Positions 12,330 to 26,182 are shown, counted from the first letter of the stretch. The stretch is 64,000 nt of DNA from Octopus sinensis (GCF_006345805.1 NC_043003.1:113274001-113338000), one strand, 5' to 3'. Notes: a model not told the origin generated them from the letters alone. Program-made: numbers and translations.

Positions 12330-14630
12330 GTATTTGGATGGATCCTTATATTATTCAGAACTAGAAATAAGGACACCTGACTGCTTCTAGAATCCATGTG
12401 TGCGGAATACTGTCAAAAGCCTTTCGATAATCGATCCAAGCCATAATTAGACCCTTCTTCTTTTTGTGGCTGTCTTCAGTTATGGCTTTATTGATCGGTA
12501 GCTGGTCTTTACAGCCGTATGAGACCTTGCAGCATTCCTTCTGCTCTTCTGGAAACAGGTTGTTTTCTTTCAGATTTTTGCCCATTCTCTGGGGTATTTT
12601 TGCAGTAAAGGTTTTGTAAATTGCAGAGAGACAAGTTACCGGTCTGTAATTTTGTGCGTTTGCCGTTTCAGTGGATTTGAGAATTAGAACAGTTTTCCCT
12701 TCCGTGAGCCGTTCAGGCATTGTCTCTGGCTCTGCTAATATTTCCTTAAATTTCGCAGCCAACTTTTTATGTGTTCCTGTATATACTTTAACCAGAAGTT
12801 GTGGATCTTGTCGTGCCTGCGTGCCTTCCAGTTGCTTAGTTTAGGCAGTGCCTATGTGACCTCTTTAGTTTTTTTATAGGGGTTTTGAGTTGTTCAGGTG
12901 TTGTGTTCGTTATTTTGATAGACCTTTGCTGGGGTTGTTCCTTCGACGACCGTATTTCTTTCCAAAATTCTTCACTTCTGCTATTGGTGCTGCATTGATC
13001 TCTATTTTATTTTTGCCAAGTTGTAAGTAGAATCTTTTGGGATTGAAGTTGAACTGTTTGTTTTCTTCAAAGAAACGTTGGCGTTTCTAATACTGGCGGA
13101 TTCTTTGTGCTTTGGCGAGGATATCTTGCTTTAGCTGGGGTTTTTTTTTACCTCTAGTATACCTTGTTTTGTAATTTTGTATTTACGTAGTATTTTTCTT
13201 CTCTTCTTGTTTAGTAGTGTTGATTGTCTACTAGTTTCATTAAGGATTGCTAGATCCTTTATCTTATTCTCTATATTTTCTGGATATTATTTATCCACAG
13301 GATTTGTTTGGGTGCTGATACTCCTGTTTGGATGGGTTTTAGGGGTAACCAGCTTCTTTTGTGGCCACAGAGCCTGCTGCGCATATTATCTTTTAGCCTA
13401 GTCCTATTGAAATTTATTTCTGTGGCTGTTAGTTCTGGGACGGCCAGATTCATACCATTTATTATTGATGTTGTTTTATTATCAATTTTAATTTTGGGAG
13501 GTACAATCGGTGATCGATCTGAGGTTTCACTTATTTGACTACGCTCATTTTTAGCGTATCATAATCTTTAGTTCCACCTTCACTGTTACTATATTTTTAG
13601 ATTTCTTTCGTATTCTCACCCGTTCATATTTTTGTCTGTGGTGTTCTGGTTTGATGCATTTTGCTTACCATTACACATTCCAAAGGTCTGGCTTTACTCT
13701 TTTACTTGTTTCAGTCATTTGACTGCGGCCATGCTGGAGCACCGCCTTTAGTCGAGCAAATCGACCCCGGGACTTATTCTTTTTGTAAGCCCAGTACTTA
13801 TTCTATCGGTCTCTTTTGCCGAACCGCTAGGTGACGAGGACGTAAACACACCAGCATCGGTTGTCAAGCAATGCTAGGGGGACAAACACAGACACACAAA
13901 CACGCACACACACATACATATATATACATATATACGACAGGCTTCTTTCTGTTTCCGTCTACCAAATCCACTCACAAGGCATTGGTCGGCCCGGGGCTAT
14001 AGCAGAAGACACTTGCCCAAGATGTCACGCAGTGGGACTGAACCCCGAACCATGTGGTTGGTTAGCAAGCTACTTACCACACAGCCACTCCTGCGCCTTT
14101 GTTGTTTTTCGTTGTTTATTTCGTTTTTGTCTTCGTGTTTTACAGTCCCAGGGCTTATGATATTATTTGGCATTGCTCTGTGGTTACTATCTACATTTCC
14201 TAGTGTATTTTTTCTTTTTAAATGTTCTATTTCTGATTTTTTTTTATCTTTGAGAATATATCTTCGTATGTTTGCCAGTTTATTAGGGTTCATTGCTGTA
14301 TCCAAGTCTTTATTTAGGTTATTTTTCTTCCAGATTTTATATGTATATTTTGTTGTGCTTTCGTTCTGTTGGTAGAACACTGCTGTAAAGTAAGTATGTA
14401 GGATATAAACATATTCTTCACGTGTCCATTTATGCTTTTTTAAAATTTCATTTGCAGGACATTAGGAACAACGTCCGGTCCTTTATTTTGATGGTCATCA
14501 TTTTCATAGGGTACCGGTCCGTTCATTTCTGGTGTTAAATGGTTTTGCACGTGTAGATTTTTGTACTTGTTTTGTAACTAGTTTCAAGTACGTACTTCCC
14601 GTTTGTTATCCTTGGATTGAATAATACGGG
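12330..14630 (-). mobile_element. R4/Dong-like RLE LINE, N-terminal region and RT start, interrupted by a family B SINE
   Basis: ORF 12361-12762: NYRPVTCLSAIYKTFT...FPEEQKECCKVSYGCKDQL...MAWIDYRKAFDSIPHTW; upstream basic N-terminal fragments (NPNKLANIRRYILK). Confidence 0.85.
13692..14098 (-). mobile_element. SINE family B
   Basis: Full-length reverse-complement copy. Confidence 0.88.
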
Positions 14631-14640
14631 TATTATTGAA

Positions 14641-14875
14641 GGCGGCGAGCTGGCAGAATCGTTAGCACGCCGGGCGAAATGCGTAGCCGTATTTCGTCTG
14701 CCGTTACGTTCTGAGTTCAAATTCCGCCGAGGTCGACTTTGCCTTTCATCCTTTCGGGGTCGATAAATTCAGTACCAGTTACGCACTGTGGTCGATGTAA
14801 TCGACTTAATCCGTTTGTCTGTCTTTGTTTGTCTCCTCTATGTTTAGCCCCTTGTGGGTAATAAAAAAACAAATA
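14641..14875 (+). mobile_element. SINE family A
   Basis: Full-length copy. Confidence 0.88.
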
Positions 14876-15261
14876 CGGGTATTATTTCATTTCTATTTCT
14901 ATGTTTTGTGCATGGCGGTTGGGGACGGAGATGGTCTGGTGTTTATTTGATCGTAATGTGGCGAGCGTGTTTATACGTGTTGTGCGAGTGATGGAGATGA
15001 TACACAGTTAAAATACATAATTTCATTTGGAAAATATAAATAAATTTGAGTACAACTTACTCGGATATAGTCCAATACTTTGTCAGTTATTTTAGGCTCC
15101 ATTTGCTGTCTTTATTCTTGGTGTTTTGGGATAGATTTCGGAACAGTGTTTTATCGTTCTCACATGGTAAACGTCCCCGGTGTTCTCTTTGTTAACAAAG
15201 AGGACACCCCGATTTTCTCTTCTCAAACGTCCTCGGTGTTCTCTTTATCATCATCATCATC

Positions 15262-15304
<43 letters not shown>

Positions 15305-15520
15305 GGACGGCGAGCTGGCCGAATTGCGGGCTCGCTGGGCGAAATGCTTAGCGGCATTTCGTCTGTCTTCATGTTCTGAGTTCAAATTCCGCTGAAGTCG
15401 ACTTTGCCTTTCATTGTTTCGCGCTCGGTAAATTAAATACCAGTGAGACACTGAGGTCAATATAATCGACTTACCAGATTGCCCCCCAAATTTCAGGCCT
15501 TGTGCCATTAGTAGAAAGGA
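15305..15520 (+). mobile_element. SINE family A, alternative-tail variant
   Basis: Family A head plus CCCCCAAATTTCAGGCCTTGTGCC tail. Confidence 0.7.
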
Positions 15521-15667
15521 TTAATATTTTCATCATTATTTCTCAAGGTTCTAACATCAGTTTCGATTCGATGTTGAAAGGGTTAGGGTACTATGTCTAT
15601 GTTTGTGCGTGTTTGTGGTGTGTATCTGTGTATATGTGTGTATGTGTATGTAAGTGTATGTGTATGT

Positions 15668-15727
<60 letters not shown>

Positions 15728-15859
15728 CTACAAGAGAAATTATTAAAGATCTTATGTTTGTAGCGAACTGTAGAGTTCCAGTTTGTGTAATTTTCCTATG
15801 AGATAGTTTACCAAAAATACCGTGTCCATCATATGTGCAACCGCTGTAACTTCTAGTTG

Positions 15860-15896
15860 TTAGGGTTAGGGTTAGGGGTTAGGGTTAGGGTTAGGG
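15860..15896 (+). repeat. Interstitial (TTAGGG)6
   Basis: Six units, one with an extra G. Confidence 0.9.
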
Positions 15897-15979
15897 ATTG
15901 TTGTTAGAGCAGACTATATTGTTGTTGTGTTTAACTGAAACAGCTGTCATTGAAGCATTAGTTGTCCAGGTTGCCATTA

Positions 15980-16400
15980 GATGATACTAAGCTTGTCTGC
16001 AGTTTACATGAAAGTGGTGTGAATTGCATAGGTGTATAGGTTGTTAGGAGTTACTGTAAGTAGATCTTCAAGGTAGAAAAAGAGGGTTGGTGCCATAGCT
16101 TAAAACAGAGGCTCTAGAGGAGAAAGAATTGAAGTTGGAGAAAAGTCTAGGGTTCATAAAGAAATAGCGTGGTCCGATTGGGAAGCATGCGATCCAAAAC
16201 GGAAGAACAGAAGAGAACATAAGTGTAACATTTAGCAATTTTTTTCTTTTATGCCAGACACGCTCGATGGATTTAATATCAAATGCAACAATATCACCTT
16301 TTCTACGATTGTGCAGACGACAGCAGAGGAATATACGGGAGCAAACGGTCGGTATATTTGGCTAAGCGTAAACTTTACAAGTGGACACTGAAGAAAAATA
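15980..16400 (-). mobile_element. Highly decayed APE-type LINE RT fragment
   Basis: IVAFDIKSIERVWHK aligns by eye to the VALDISKAFDRVWH RT motif; downstream SVL...LFL and PIH relics. Confidence 0.55.
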
Positions 16401-16950
16401 ATGAGAAATTCTAAGAGATAAAGAATGTGTTTAATGGTATTGAAGTTTGTTCAACTTTACTGAGGTCTCTTCAGATATATTGGCTGTAGAATATATTCCT
16501 TACAAACAATATCTTCTCTTCAATTGATCTTCAAAGAAACACTTAGATCGATAGATTATCAGTGACAGAAAGGTTGTTACGGACTAAAATAATGTTATCG
16601 TCTTGAAATTCTTGATTGAAAGAATGGCAACCATCTTGTTATACTTTCAATAATTATGTATTCATCTTAAAGAAATACACCATATTTCTAAATGTTCCTG
16701 TTCGATTTCTTCAGCGTAAAAATCTGCTGGTGTACATTAAAGATGTTTCAACATCCCGCTAGACTATAGTCTAGAAATATGTTTAAAATATTAACTAAGT
16801 TATGAATACTAAATAAAAGATTCTCCAACGGTTTCTTTAAAATAATAGCTAAATTCTTCCTTTCTTTATAATGCTTCAATAAAACAATGTGGTAGGTAAT
16901 TACTAAAAGACACCAATGTGATGTGATGCTGCAGTAATAAATGTTTAAGT

Positions 16951-17331
16951 GTAGAGGCGCAATGGCCCAGTGGTTAGGGCAGCGGACTCGCGGTCATAGG
17001 ATCACGGTTTCGATTCCCAGACCGGGTGTTGTGAGTGTTTATTGAGCGAAAACACCTAAAGCTCCACGAGGCTCCGGCAGGGGATGGTGGTGATCCCTGC
17101 TGTACTCTTTCACCACAACTTTCTCTCACTCTTACTTCCTGTTTCTGTTGTACCTGTATTTCAAAGGGCCGGCCTTGTCACTCTCTGTGTCACGCTGAAT
17201 ATCCCCGAGAACTACATTAAGGGTACACGTGTCTGTGGAGTGCTCAGCCACTTACACGTTAATTTCACGAGCAGGCTGTTCCGTTGATTCGGATCAACCG
17301 GAACCCTCGTCGTCGTAACAGACGGAGTGCT
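16951..17331 (+). mobile_element. SINE family C (tail type 2)
   Basis: Family C head; distinct 3' tail ending in a GTTCCGTTGAT-TCGG-ATCAACCGGAAC hairpin. Confidence 0.85.
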
Positions 17332-18004
17332 TAAAAAAAAAAAATGTTGAACTTAACGCACTTCCCAACACAACAGACCCGTTTCAGAAAATATACCTAT
17401 TGCAACAGTATCAACAGTTTCATTTTGGCTTTGTAGAGCGAAATATACTTTGACTGCAAACGACAATCACACAAAGAATTCAATGAGTCATAATTGCTGC
17501 TATCTGTTACCAGTAACGCCAAACTAATCATTGATATTTTCCGTTAATTCTTTCAGCTCTTGAACATAAGTATGATGTAATGGAAAATGTACAATGGATC
17601 TGATCTACGTGTTGCCGGTGAAGCAGCTTGTGTGACATACAAATGAGAATTAAAGCAAATAGCCTCCATTGTATGATACGTATAGATGAGTTTGGAAACG
17701 GTTAATATCATTATGTCTGTCGCTTTCTAAGCATAATTGCTTTTCATTATCTTCTTATTTACTTTAGAGTTCTTTTCGATATCAACGGTGATTTTTCTGA
17801 GCTCCATACACCAATAACTTACTGTGACTGCCAATTATATAACAACGAAGGCTAGGAACCCCCACTTGTGTTATGATGACAATTTCTAGATTATAAAAAG
17901 ATGATGAATTTCATTTCTCAGTTTGGTTGCGGTGGAATTGTTGAGCTTCGATATTTTCTAAGCATATGTTGCTTTTTTCTTATTTAAAGACTGGCGGGTT
18001 GAAG

Positions 18005-18028
18005 GTTTTATTATTATTATTATTATTA

Positions 18029-18079
<51 letters not shown>

Positions 18080-18535
18080 TCTATGTTTGACTTTTGCTTT
18101 ACATTTGCACAAGCTGGCTCCAAGTCTCACCCAGAGACCTCAAGAGACAACAAGTTGGAATTTCATGTTGTTGTTATGCCTAGGGGGCCATATATTTGGT
18201 TTTGTACTTAGTGTTGTACTAGTGAATGCCTAAAGAACCATACGAAAATTATGTTTGTTTTAAAACCTGAGATTACACAGAAAGTATTTTGCGTAGGATA
18301 TGAGCAGTTCCATTGAGCATTATCTTTTGAATTTCTGCCATTTTGGGGTTTCCTGGTATCTGAGTTAGGTAGCAATCAGCCCCTTTTGCTATCGTTCCCA
18401 GGGCACCTATGACAACAGGTATTGTTTTAGTCTTCAGGTTCCACATTTTGCTGATTTCTATTTCCAGATCTTTATATTTGCTCAGTTTCTGGTAGGTCTT
18501 GACAGAGAAAATTATATTTCTACTGGATCATACAT
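18005..18535 (-). mobile_element. R4/Dong-like LINE 3' end with (TAA)n tail
   Basis: KTYQKLSKYKDLEIEISKMWNLKTKTIPVVIGALGTI...EIQKIMLNGTAHILRKILSV*; (TAT)n on the plus strand at about 18008-18078. Confidence 0.85.
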
Positions 18536-19819
18536 AAATGTTGTTATTAAGAAGTTTAACCACTTCACCTCTATTTTAGTTCAAGTTTTTTGTGAGCTAT
18601 GTTTCGCTATCTCCTTTCCTTTGAAACTGTTTCTGTCCAATGCGTCATTGTTTACAGATAAATATAACGAAGTTGTCTGAGGATAAATTTGATATTTTTT
18701 TGAAATAATGTTTTTTAGATTTTTATTTAAGACGAATGGTTGGGGTTGTTTTACTGATGTATATTATAGCTTCAGTTAGCGTTCTGTCTGTAGAATATTA
18801 CTTCTATTCAACTTTAGTGTGATATCTGAAGCAATTACAATTTTGTAACGTTGGAGCTCTGAAGAAATTACAAAATCTGCGCCTTTTCCTAGCAGTTCAT
18901 CGGTTCTTTTCCATAATAATCTGGGAGGGTTTTTTTCCCTTTTTTCTGAATGTGAATCAAAAGTATCTACAAACATAAAACCTATAAGTAACATCCGAAA
19001 CCTCTCTTGTCTGCACTTTCATAGGGCAAAATAAAAATCGATTCAGAAAGCGAACCCCATCAGGATTGGCTTAGACGTTTCTCCAGACAAGACATTGAAT
19101 CGACATGAAACTTAAATGCAAACCATTTGTTACAAATCTGTCCCAGAGAACAAGGCCAACATAAAGCACAACGAGATTCCCTGAGAGAGGAAATTTATTG
19201 TGAGACGGCGGACAAAGGTTCCAAATCGCCCAAATCAAATATTTCAAAAGTAGTGACAAGAGCCGCATGAAAGCAACACTGATGGAGATTGTGAAAAGTT
19301 TGCAAAAATCTCACGAAAAATATATAAAATATATATAGTCAGACCATGAGTCTTAAATTTTGCCAAAGAAACGGTCTCAGTACATTATCCTTCTTCCCAA
19401 AGAAACCCAATAGGGTTAAGTGAAATACTAAACTAACAGTTCAAAGGCATTTTCATCATGTAGTAAGGACAGACAGATTAAACCAACGGAGTTCTTTTCC
19501 ACTACAAGGAGGCAGTAATAATTGATTATATTTTATATCGGCATAAAAAATATATATAAAACTGGCCATAGATGATGTTACAACTTCAACTTACGACTAC
19601 GTGTTATGTGTCATTCAGTCTATCACGCATGTGTGTGTATGTGTGTGCATGCTGCTTAATTCTGGTTAGTTCTTTTCTTATCTATAAAACCTGCTGTAAA
19701 TTGTTTTGCAACAATAAAGGTTTATTTTTTAAGCCAGTCTTATCCACAGCGTGCGTTCGGTGTTCTGTTTTCATGAGGCTATGGCCTGGATTACATATTA
19801 CTGGAATAGGACTGGTTCT

Positions 19820-20700
19820 TATTAGATGAGGCAGCCGCAAATTCAGACGCTGATCCAGATGGACTCCTAGCAATCCTTCTGAAATCATGGAAATGTGCAC
19901 TAGCAAAACTTCTTTGCAAAGGTATGCTCTCAAGCAAATTGAAGGAGGAAATGCTATGCCCTATTCATAAGGGAGGAAGCAGAGAAGATGCTCAAAATTA
20001 GAGGTCTGTCTCTCTGACTTCACGCATCAGCAAAGTCATGGAACGAACAGTCTGAAGGTAAGTAATCGCATTCCTTGAAGAGACAGACTTGCTGACTGAC
20101 ACACAGAACAGCCTTCGACCAGGTTGAAGCTATCTGACAGAACTCATGAAACATTACGACTTGGCGTTAAACAAGCGGCTTCACAAATCAAATGTGGGCG
20201 CGATATATTTCGACTTTGTAAAAGCTTTGATAGAATCGACTATAGTTTGATATGTCACCAGCTGCGTGATCTGGGAATAGTCGGAAAGCTTGGAGAATAG
20301 CTACATGACTTTTTAAAAGATAGGGCCATTGCTACTCAAAGCAGGCTTCTCAGACACGCATTCTGCTGTTCAGATACACAAATGTCTCAGAGGACACAAA
20401 ACTCTGGAGATGCTATGCACATGCAACAATGATAAGACACAATACACAGGTTGGTGGAGAACAACAACATACAGTTCAATGCTGGGAAGTTCCAAGCTAT
20501 TCGCTACCAACATACAAAGATGAATGAAATGCAAACAAGATACACTGCACCAACAGGAATTGCAATCCCTGAATCAAAGCCAGTGCGCGACCTGCGAGTA
20601 AGGAAGTATCTTTTCAAGTGGATGTTACTAAGTGCGCAATAAAATGCAGGCGGCTGCCTGGATGAATCCAGTTAAAACTAGTTTAAGATTTAAAAGGGTG
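19820..20700 (+). mobile_element. Degenerate CR1-type LINE RT fragments
   Basis: CPIHKGGSREDAQN*RSVSLTSRISKVMER...IYFDFVKA; NNIQFNAGKFQAIRY. Confidence 0.75.
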
Positions 20701-20719
20701 TCTAAAGGGAACAGGTGAA

Positions 20720-21121
20720 GGATCTTTTCGGTTTGAACGGCAGTTTTTTTCTAGCGGTGTCATATGAAATTGTTACCCATAATTATGACCCTAGTATCGA
20801 TCTATTGCATTTCAATCTGTTTTTGGGTTAGGGTGGGGGGATGGGTATCTTTTTTTCTTCACAAATGTAAATAAACCCAATCTGTTTCTTAAATGAGGGA
20901 CATATTCATACGGCACAGAATGTTTTTTACCTCAATAGACGTAATTGATTGGTTGAAATTGAAGAAAAAATACAACAAATATCTTCCAAACTATGGAAGT
21001 TTCTCAATAAAGCCAAGAGAAAAATATGTTTTATAAAGACATTCTACCAGTATACGAAGTTTAAACTTTTTTAGTTACCTAGAAATTATGTTAAAAACTG
21101 CCGTTCAAACCGAAAAGATCC
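20720..21121 (-). mobile_element. MITE, GGATC family, copy 3 (TSD CAGGTGAA/CAGGCGAA)
   Basis: TIRs at both ends; 8-bp TSD with one transition; orientation opposite to copy 1. Confidence 0.92.
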
Positions 21122-22099
21122 CAGGCGAATAATAGTAATCATTGCAATTCTCAATTTGACCAATGAAGACGTCAAAATGTTCATCGACTTTCTATGGAAA
21201 AATAATAAATGGTCAGAAGATTAAAGGAATCTTGAGGTGTTCATTATTGCATGGATATTAGACTGAAAAAAAAAGTGGGGAATACTTAATCGAATTCTAC
21301 GACTTTCATGGAAAACAGCTTTACAAAATTCCTATATATTAAAGTAACTGAATAGACAGATCGAAAGAAAGCTTATTTTTGAAACTACTGAAGGGCAGCG
21401 ATGTTGTAATATGTGTTAGAAAGTGGTTAGCTCATGATAAATGCTTTTAAATACGACATACTGAAATATAAAGCAAAAGGCCAAGACTTTCTGTATTTTC
21501 CAGATTTATATATATTTATCGTTATTTTTTCTTTTGTCTTTGCTTCTTATACAATTATTTCCAACTTATATTGTGGTGGCTTTCTAAAACACTTTTAACT
21601 GGGTTTCACAAAGAAGTATTTAAACTATAGCCATGTATATGACAGTAAGTGTATATGTGTTTAGCTACATATCAGTATCGTATGTGTGTTTACGAATACA
21701 AGCAAACATACAAGAACGTATAGATATGTTTAATATGTGTGTCCATGTACGCAGGGAAGTATATATAACTATTTAAGAATATATATACACACACACATAT
21801 ATATACTGAATACAAACATAAATACATACATACATAGACACACACATATACATACATACATACGTATATATATTAACTTACATGCATATACACTGACGGA
21901 ATGACCTTTTATTTATTCATGAAGTTTAGAGAGAATCAGCTGAGATAATAAAAGCTGTCCACCCATCAAGTCTCGCCAAAGCATTTGTCCTTTTAATGAG
22001 ACTCAACCGGAAATTCCATTGTTTTTCGTGTTTAAAGGCTGAATACTTTCTGCTGTAAACTATTGTTGGGTAATTCCCGAATGTGTCTATGGAAGAGTA

Positions 22100-22381
22100 T
22101 ACTTGTATGTATGTATGTATGCATGTATGTATGTATGCATGTATGTATGTATGCATGTATGTATGCATGTATGTATGTATGTATGCATGCATGCATGTAT
22201 GTATGTATGTATGTATGTATGTATGTATGTATGTATGTATGTATGGATGGATGGATGGATGCATACATACATATATACTGTATATATATACATATATATA
22301 TATACACATATATATATGTATGTATGTACGTATGTATGTATGATGTATGTATGTATGCATACATACATATATTATTTATTG

Positions 22382-22413
<32 letters not shown>

Positions 22414-22646
22414 TATATGTATGTATACGTAGTATGTATGTATGTATGTACGTATGTATGTACGTATGTAGGTATGTATGTACGTATGTATGTATGTATG
22501 TATGTATGCATGCACATATATAAATATATTCGCGCGTATATATATACATATATAAATATACATATATGCACTCACCTCTCTCTCTTTCTCTCTCTCACAA
22601 CACACACACACCACACCAAAACACACACACACATATATAATTTTAT

Positions 22647-22700
<54 letters not shown>
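22100..22700. repeat. Compound (TATG)n/(TA)n/(CA)n microsatellite field
   Basis: Direct reading; source of the spurious MYVC/HTYI ORFs. Confidence 0.95.
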
Positions 22701-22705
<5 letters not shown>

Positions 22706-22739
22706 CATTACATATGCAATGTAACTACACACGTAATAT

Positions 22740-22887
22740 TGTGATTTCTTTCAATCTTTAGACTTTTCGTTCTCCTTTTCAACGAAGAGCGATGTTCGAA
22801 ACGTCAAACTCTCTTGTTGCTCTTGTTGTCCGTTAATTTTCTTGTTCATATTAAAAAAAAAACTTTTGTGTATTTCAATTGACTATG

Positions 22888-22933
<46 letters not shown>

Positions 22934-23130
22934 TTCATCATGTCAAAAAATTAATCGCTACACATTTTTCCACTCTCCATTTTTTCCCTCTGAATCCTTT
23001 CTGTCGAAGAGCGTAGGCTCGAAACGTCAAAACCTTTTACATTCTTGCCAAGCATCAAACTAATACACCTGCTTGATGCTTCCTCACCTGTCTTCGTACT
23101 TCTTCAGCAAATTCGAACTAAATATGTATG
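22740..23130 (+). mobile_element. Two tandem retroelement 3' termini separated by (TA)n, probably Penelope-like
   Basis: CGAAGAGCG...TCGAAACGTCAAA motif at about 22783 and 23004; downstream CTAATACACCTGCTTG tail related to the reverse complement of 30605-30700. Confidence 0.4.
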
Positions 23131-23575
23131 AAGAAGAAGAAGTGTGTTCCCACGTAGGAAGGAATATAGGACAACTTGTTTAGTGGTGTTAAAAATGTTC
23201 CTGAATCTAAAAAATTTGTTGCCGTTTTCGTACATACTGTAAAGTTTTTTTATATGTTCTGTATATGATATTATGGTAATGAAAATTTAATACGAAAAAT
23301 AAAAGGAGCTATTAGACATTTCAAGTCCTTCGTGACTTCTGGCCTGTCCTGTATATATACATATATATCTATAATATCTATAAATCATATAAGGTGACGA
23401 GCTGACAGAAACGTTGTCTTTATGTTCTGAGTTCAAATTCAACTGAGCTCGACTATGCCTTTCATCCTTTCAGGGTTAATAAATTAAGTAACAGTTGCGT
23501 ACTGGAGTCGATCTAATCAACTGGCCCCCTCCCCCAAAATTTTGGGACTTGTGCTATATATATATATAGAGAGAG

Positions 23576-23618
<43 letters not shown>

Positions 23619-23625
<7 letters not shown>

Positions 23626-23875
23626 ATCACGTGACCGACCAGACCATCAGATGTTGTTACACATCACTGGTCACAATGCGTTCGCATTGTTTTAGCTTTC
23701 GAATGACGCCACCCCGCAGAAGAAAGAGTGGTGAAAGAGTACAGCAGGGATCACCACCCCCTGCCGGAGCCTCGTGGAGCTCAATAAACACACACAACGG
23801 CCGGTCTGGGAATCGAAACCGCGACCCTACGACCGCGAGTCCACTGCCCTAACCACTGGGCCATTGCGCCTCCAC
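23619..23875 (-). mobile_element. SINE family C (tail type 1)
   Basis: Reverse-complement head GTGGAGGCGCAATGGCCCAGTGGTTAGGG; tail as in 11048-11340. Confidence 0.85.
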
Positions 23876-24189
23876 ATATATATATATATATACATATGAG
23901 CTTCCTGATGATTTCTCCTGAATGAAACAGTTCTAGTCCTGTAGAAGCTCCTTCTATATAATAAATTAATTTTACTCTGCTATGTATTGAGTACCTTATT
24001 TACTGTGGTTAACCCCGAATCAACCCGGGACCTACTTATATATATATATATATACATGCATATATATAAATATAATATATATACATATACACATGCATAT
24101 ATATATAATATGTATACATATGCACATGCAAATATATATGTGCTTACTCGGGTATATACATATGTTTACACATATATGTGTGTATACGC

Positions 24190-24290
<101 letters not shown>

Positions 24291-25815
24291 CCCAAACTCA
24301 TACATGTACTCATCTGTCTTTTCCACTTTGCATGTATGTCTGTCTCCTCAATTTAATATATTTTCCGCCATTTCTTTTCCCTTTGTCTCTTTGACGTTCT
24401 CTGTCCGCGTTTGTTCAATGATTTACCTATTCACACATATACCCGCTGACACAAATGTACCCGCATGCACATTCTTTTATTGGTGTATATGCGTCGTGAA
24501 TACAGAGAGAAACACACCTGAATATGTATGTGGATAAGCATATGTGTTTATATACGTATGTATGTATGTATGTATGTATGTATGTATGTATGTATGTATG
24601 TATGTATGTATGTATGTATCACCCATCGCTCTGATCTCTCTCTCTCTCTTTCTCGCTCACTCTCTCTTTTATTATTTCTCTGTCTTTCTCCTTGTGTCCC
24701 TTTTACTTCTTCAGGTATTCTCTTTCTTTCAATATCTCCTCCATCCCACGTTCCTTAATAATGTCCTATTTTCCTAATCTCTCACTTTCTCTCTCTTGTT
24801 TTTTTTTTTCGCTACCTATCCACCACCCATCCGACTTGTCTGTATTTGTCTGTCTTTCTATCTCTCTGTCTCTGTCTGTTTGTCTCTGTCTGTCTCTGTC
24901 TCTCTCTCTCTCTCTTTCTCTCTCTCCTTACATCCATCTCCCAAGACACAAATAACTTCTGCAGCTTTTGCAAGTAATTAAAAGTTGCTGCTGCAAACTC
25001 CCTTTGGCTTTTAACGTTAAAAGAACACCAAAAGCAACAACGATAAAAATAACGACGACGAAGACGACGAGGAAGAGGAGGAGGAAAAGGAGAAGGAAAG
25101 AATGTGAGAAAGAACAAGAAATGCAATAAGTGAGGCATCTGTGGGAGTAGCAATAGTAACAACAGCAACAATAACAGCAACAAGAGTGATGAGAGAGAGA
25201 GCAACAGAGAGAAGAGAAATTACCAATTTTGGAAGAGAAATTCAGTGAAGAAAAAAAGAAATGGAAAGAGAGAAAGATAAAAGGAAAAAGGGGGGAAAAA
25301 GGGTGCAAAAAGTCGATGCAAGGGAATATAAAGTGTTAAAGTTATAATGCAAATAAAAAGAAAGAAAGAAAGAAAATGGAAGAAAGGAAAAAAGAAAATT
25401 GAAGAAAGAAAGAAAGAAAAAAGAAAATGGTAGAAAGAAAAATACAGAAATCAAAGAAAGAAAGAAAGAAGGAAGAAGAAAGGAAATGTTACAAATTTTA
25501 ATTATAACTAATGCATTCGGTTATCCAATTAGAAAATGTGTGTGGGTGCACCGAAGTATGTTGTTGAAGCTTTAGAAATATGACGTCTGAGAAACGAGGG
25601 AAGTAAACCATAACTAGTCACCTGGATAAGATTCAAACTTGAAGAATAGCTGCAATGAATCGATCACACATAAACAGGCCAGCGGCGGAGCCATTATGTG
25701 AACACTTGATCTGTTAGAAATAGCCATGAAATATCCCTCAAATCACTCCCTACCGTCTTCATAATACAGATTATACACCATGGATAATTTAAAACCAGAA
25801 ACATTTTTATCAAAA

Positions 25816-26182
25816 CTAGCACTATGACCCGGCGTTGCCGGGTCATATTGCTAGTGCATGCATATACTGTTGCGTGCGTGCGCACATACACGCGAGTAAT
25901 GTCCAAATCTCTGACCAATCACATACAGCTAGCTGGCATTCAATTGGCGTATCAAGTTTCGGGTATTTTGATTGGGTTTTGGATGGAAAAATTCACAAAC
26001 AATTCACTTCTATTAATTTTTTAATGGCTTTGCGGGGTAACTGGGGAAATTTAAAGATGTGCACGACCACCCTTGGATGGTTTTAAATAACCATAGAAAG
26101 TGCGAACTCTCTAACTAAAAAATTGTGGATTTGTATAAAGGACACACACACACAGACATTTTGCCGTTTATATATAGAGAGA
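25816..26182 (-). mobile_element. Non-autonomous Helitron, family H1 (367 bp)
   Basis: Minus strand starts A|TCTCTCTATATATAAA and ends ...CCGGCAACGCCGGGTCATAGTGCTAG|T: 3' hairpin, CTAG end, AT target, no TSD. Confidence 0.85.

Noticed and set aside
16951-17030. tRNA-Arg-like sequence (also at 11048, 23800, 47083 and the heads of families A and B)
   Set aside because: Dispersed SINE heads continuous with SINE bodies; no complete cloverleaf could be supported.
21926-22701. Long ORFs such as MYVCMYVC..., HTYIHTYI... and YIYIYI... (also near 2750, 24000, 28900, 34200, 40450)
   Set aside because: Translations of (TATG)n/(TA)n/(CA)n microsatellites that lack stops by construction.
24812-25454. 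Poly-Leu/Ser/Phe hydrophobic ORFs
   Set aside because: Derived from (GAAA)n, (GAG)n and (AAC)n low-complexity sequence.
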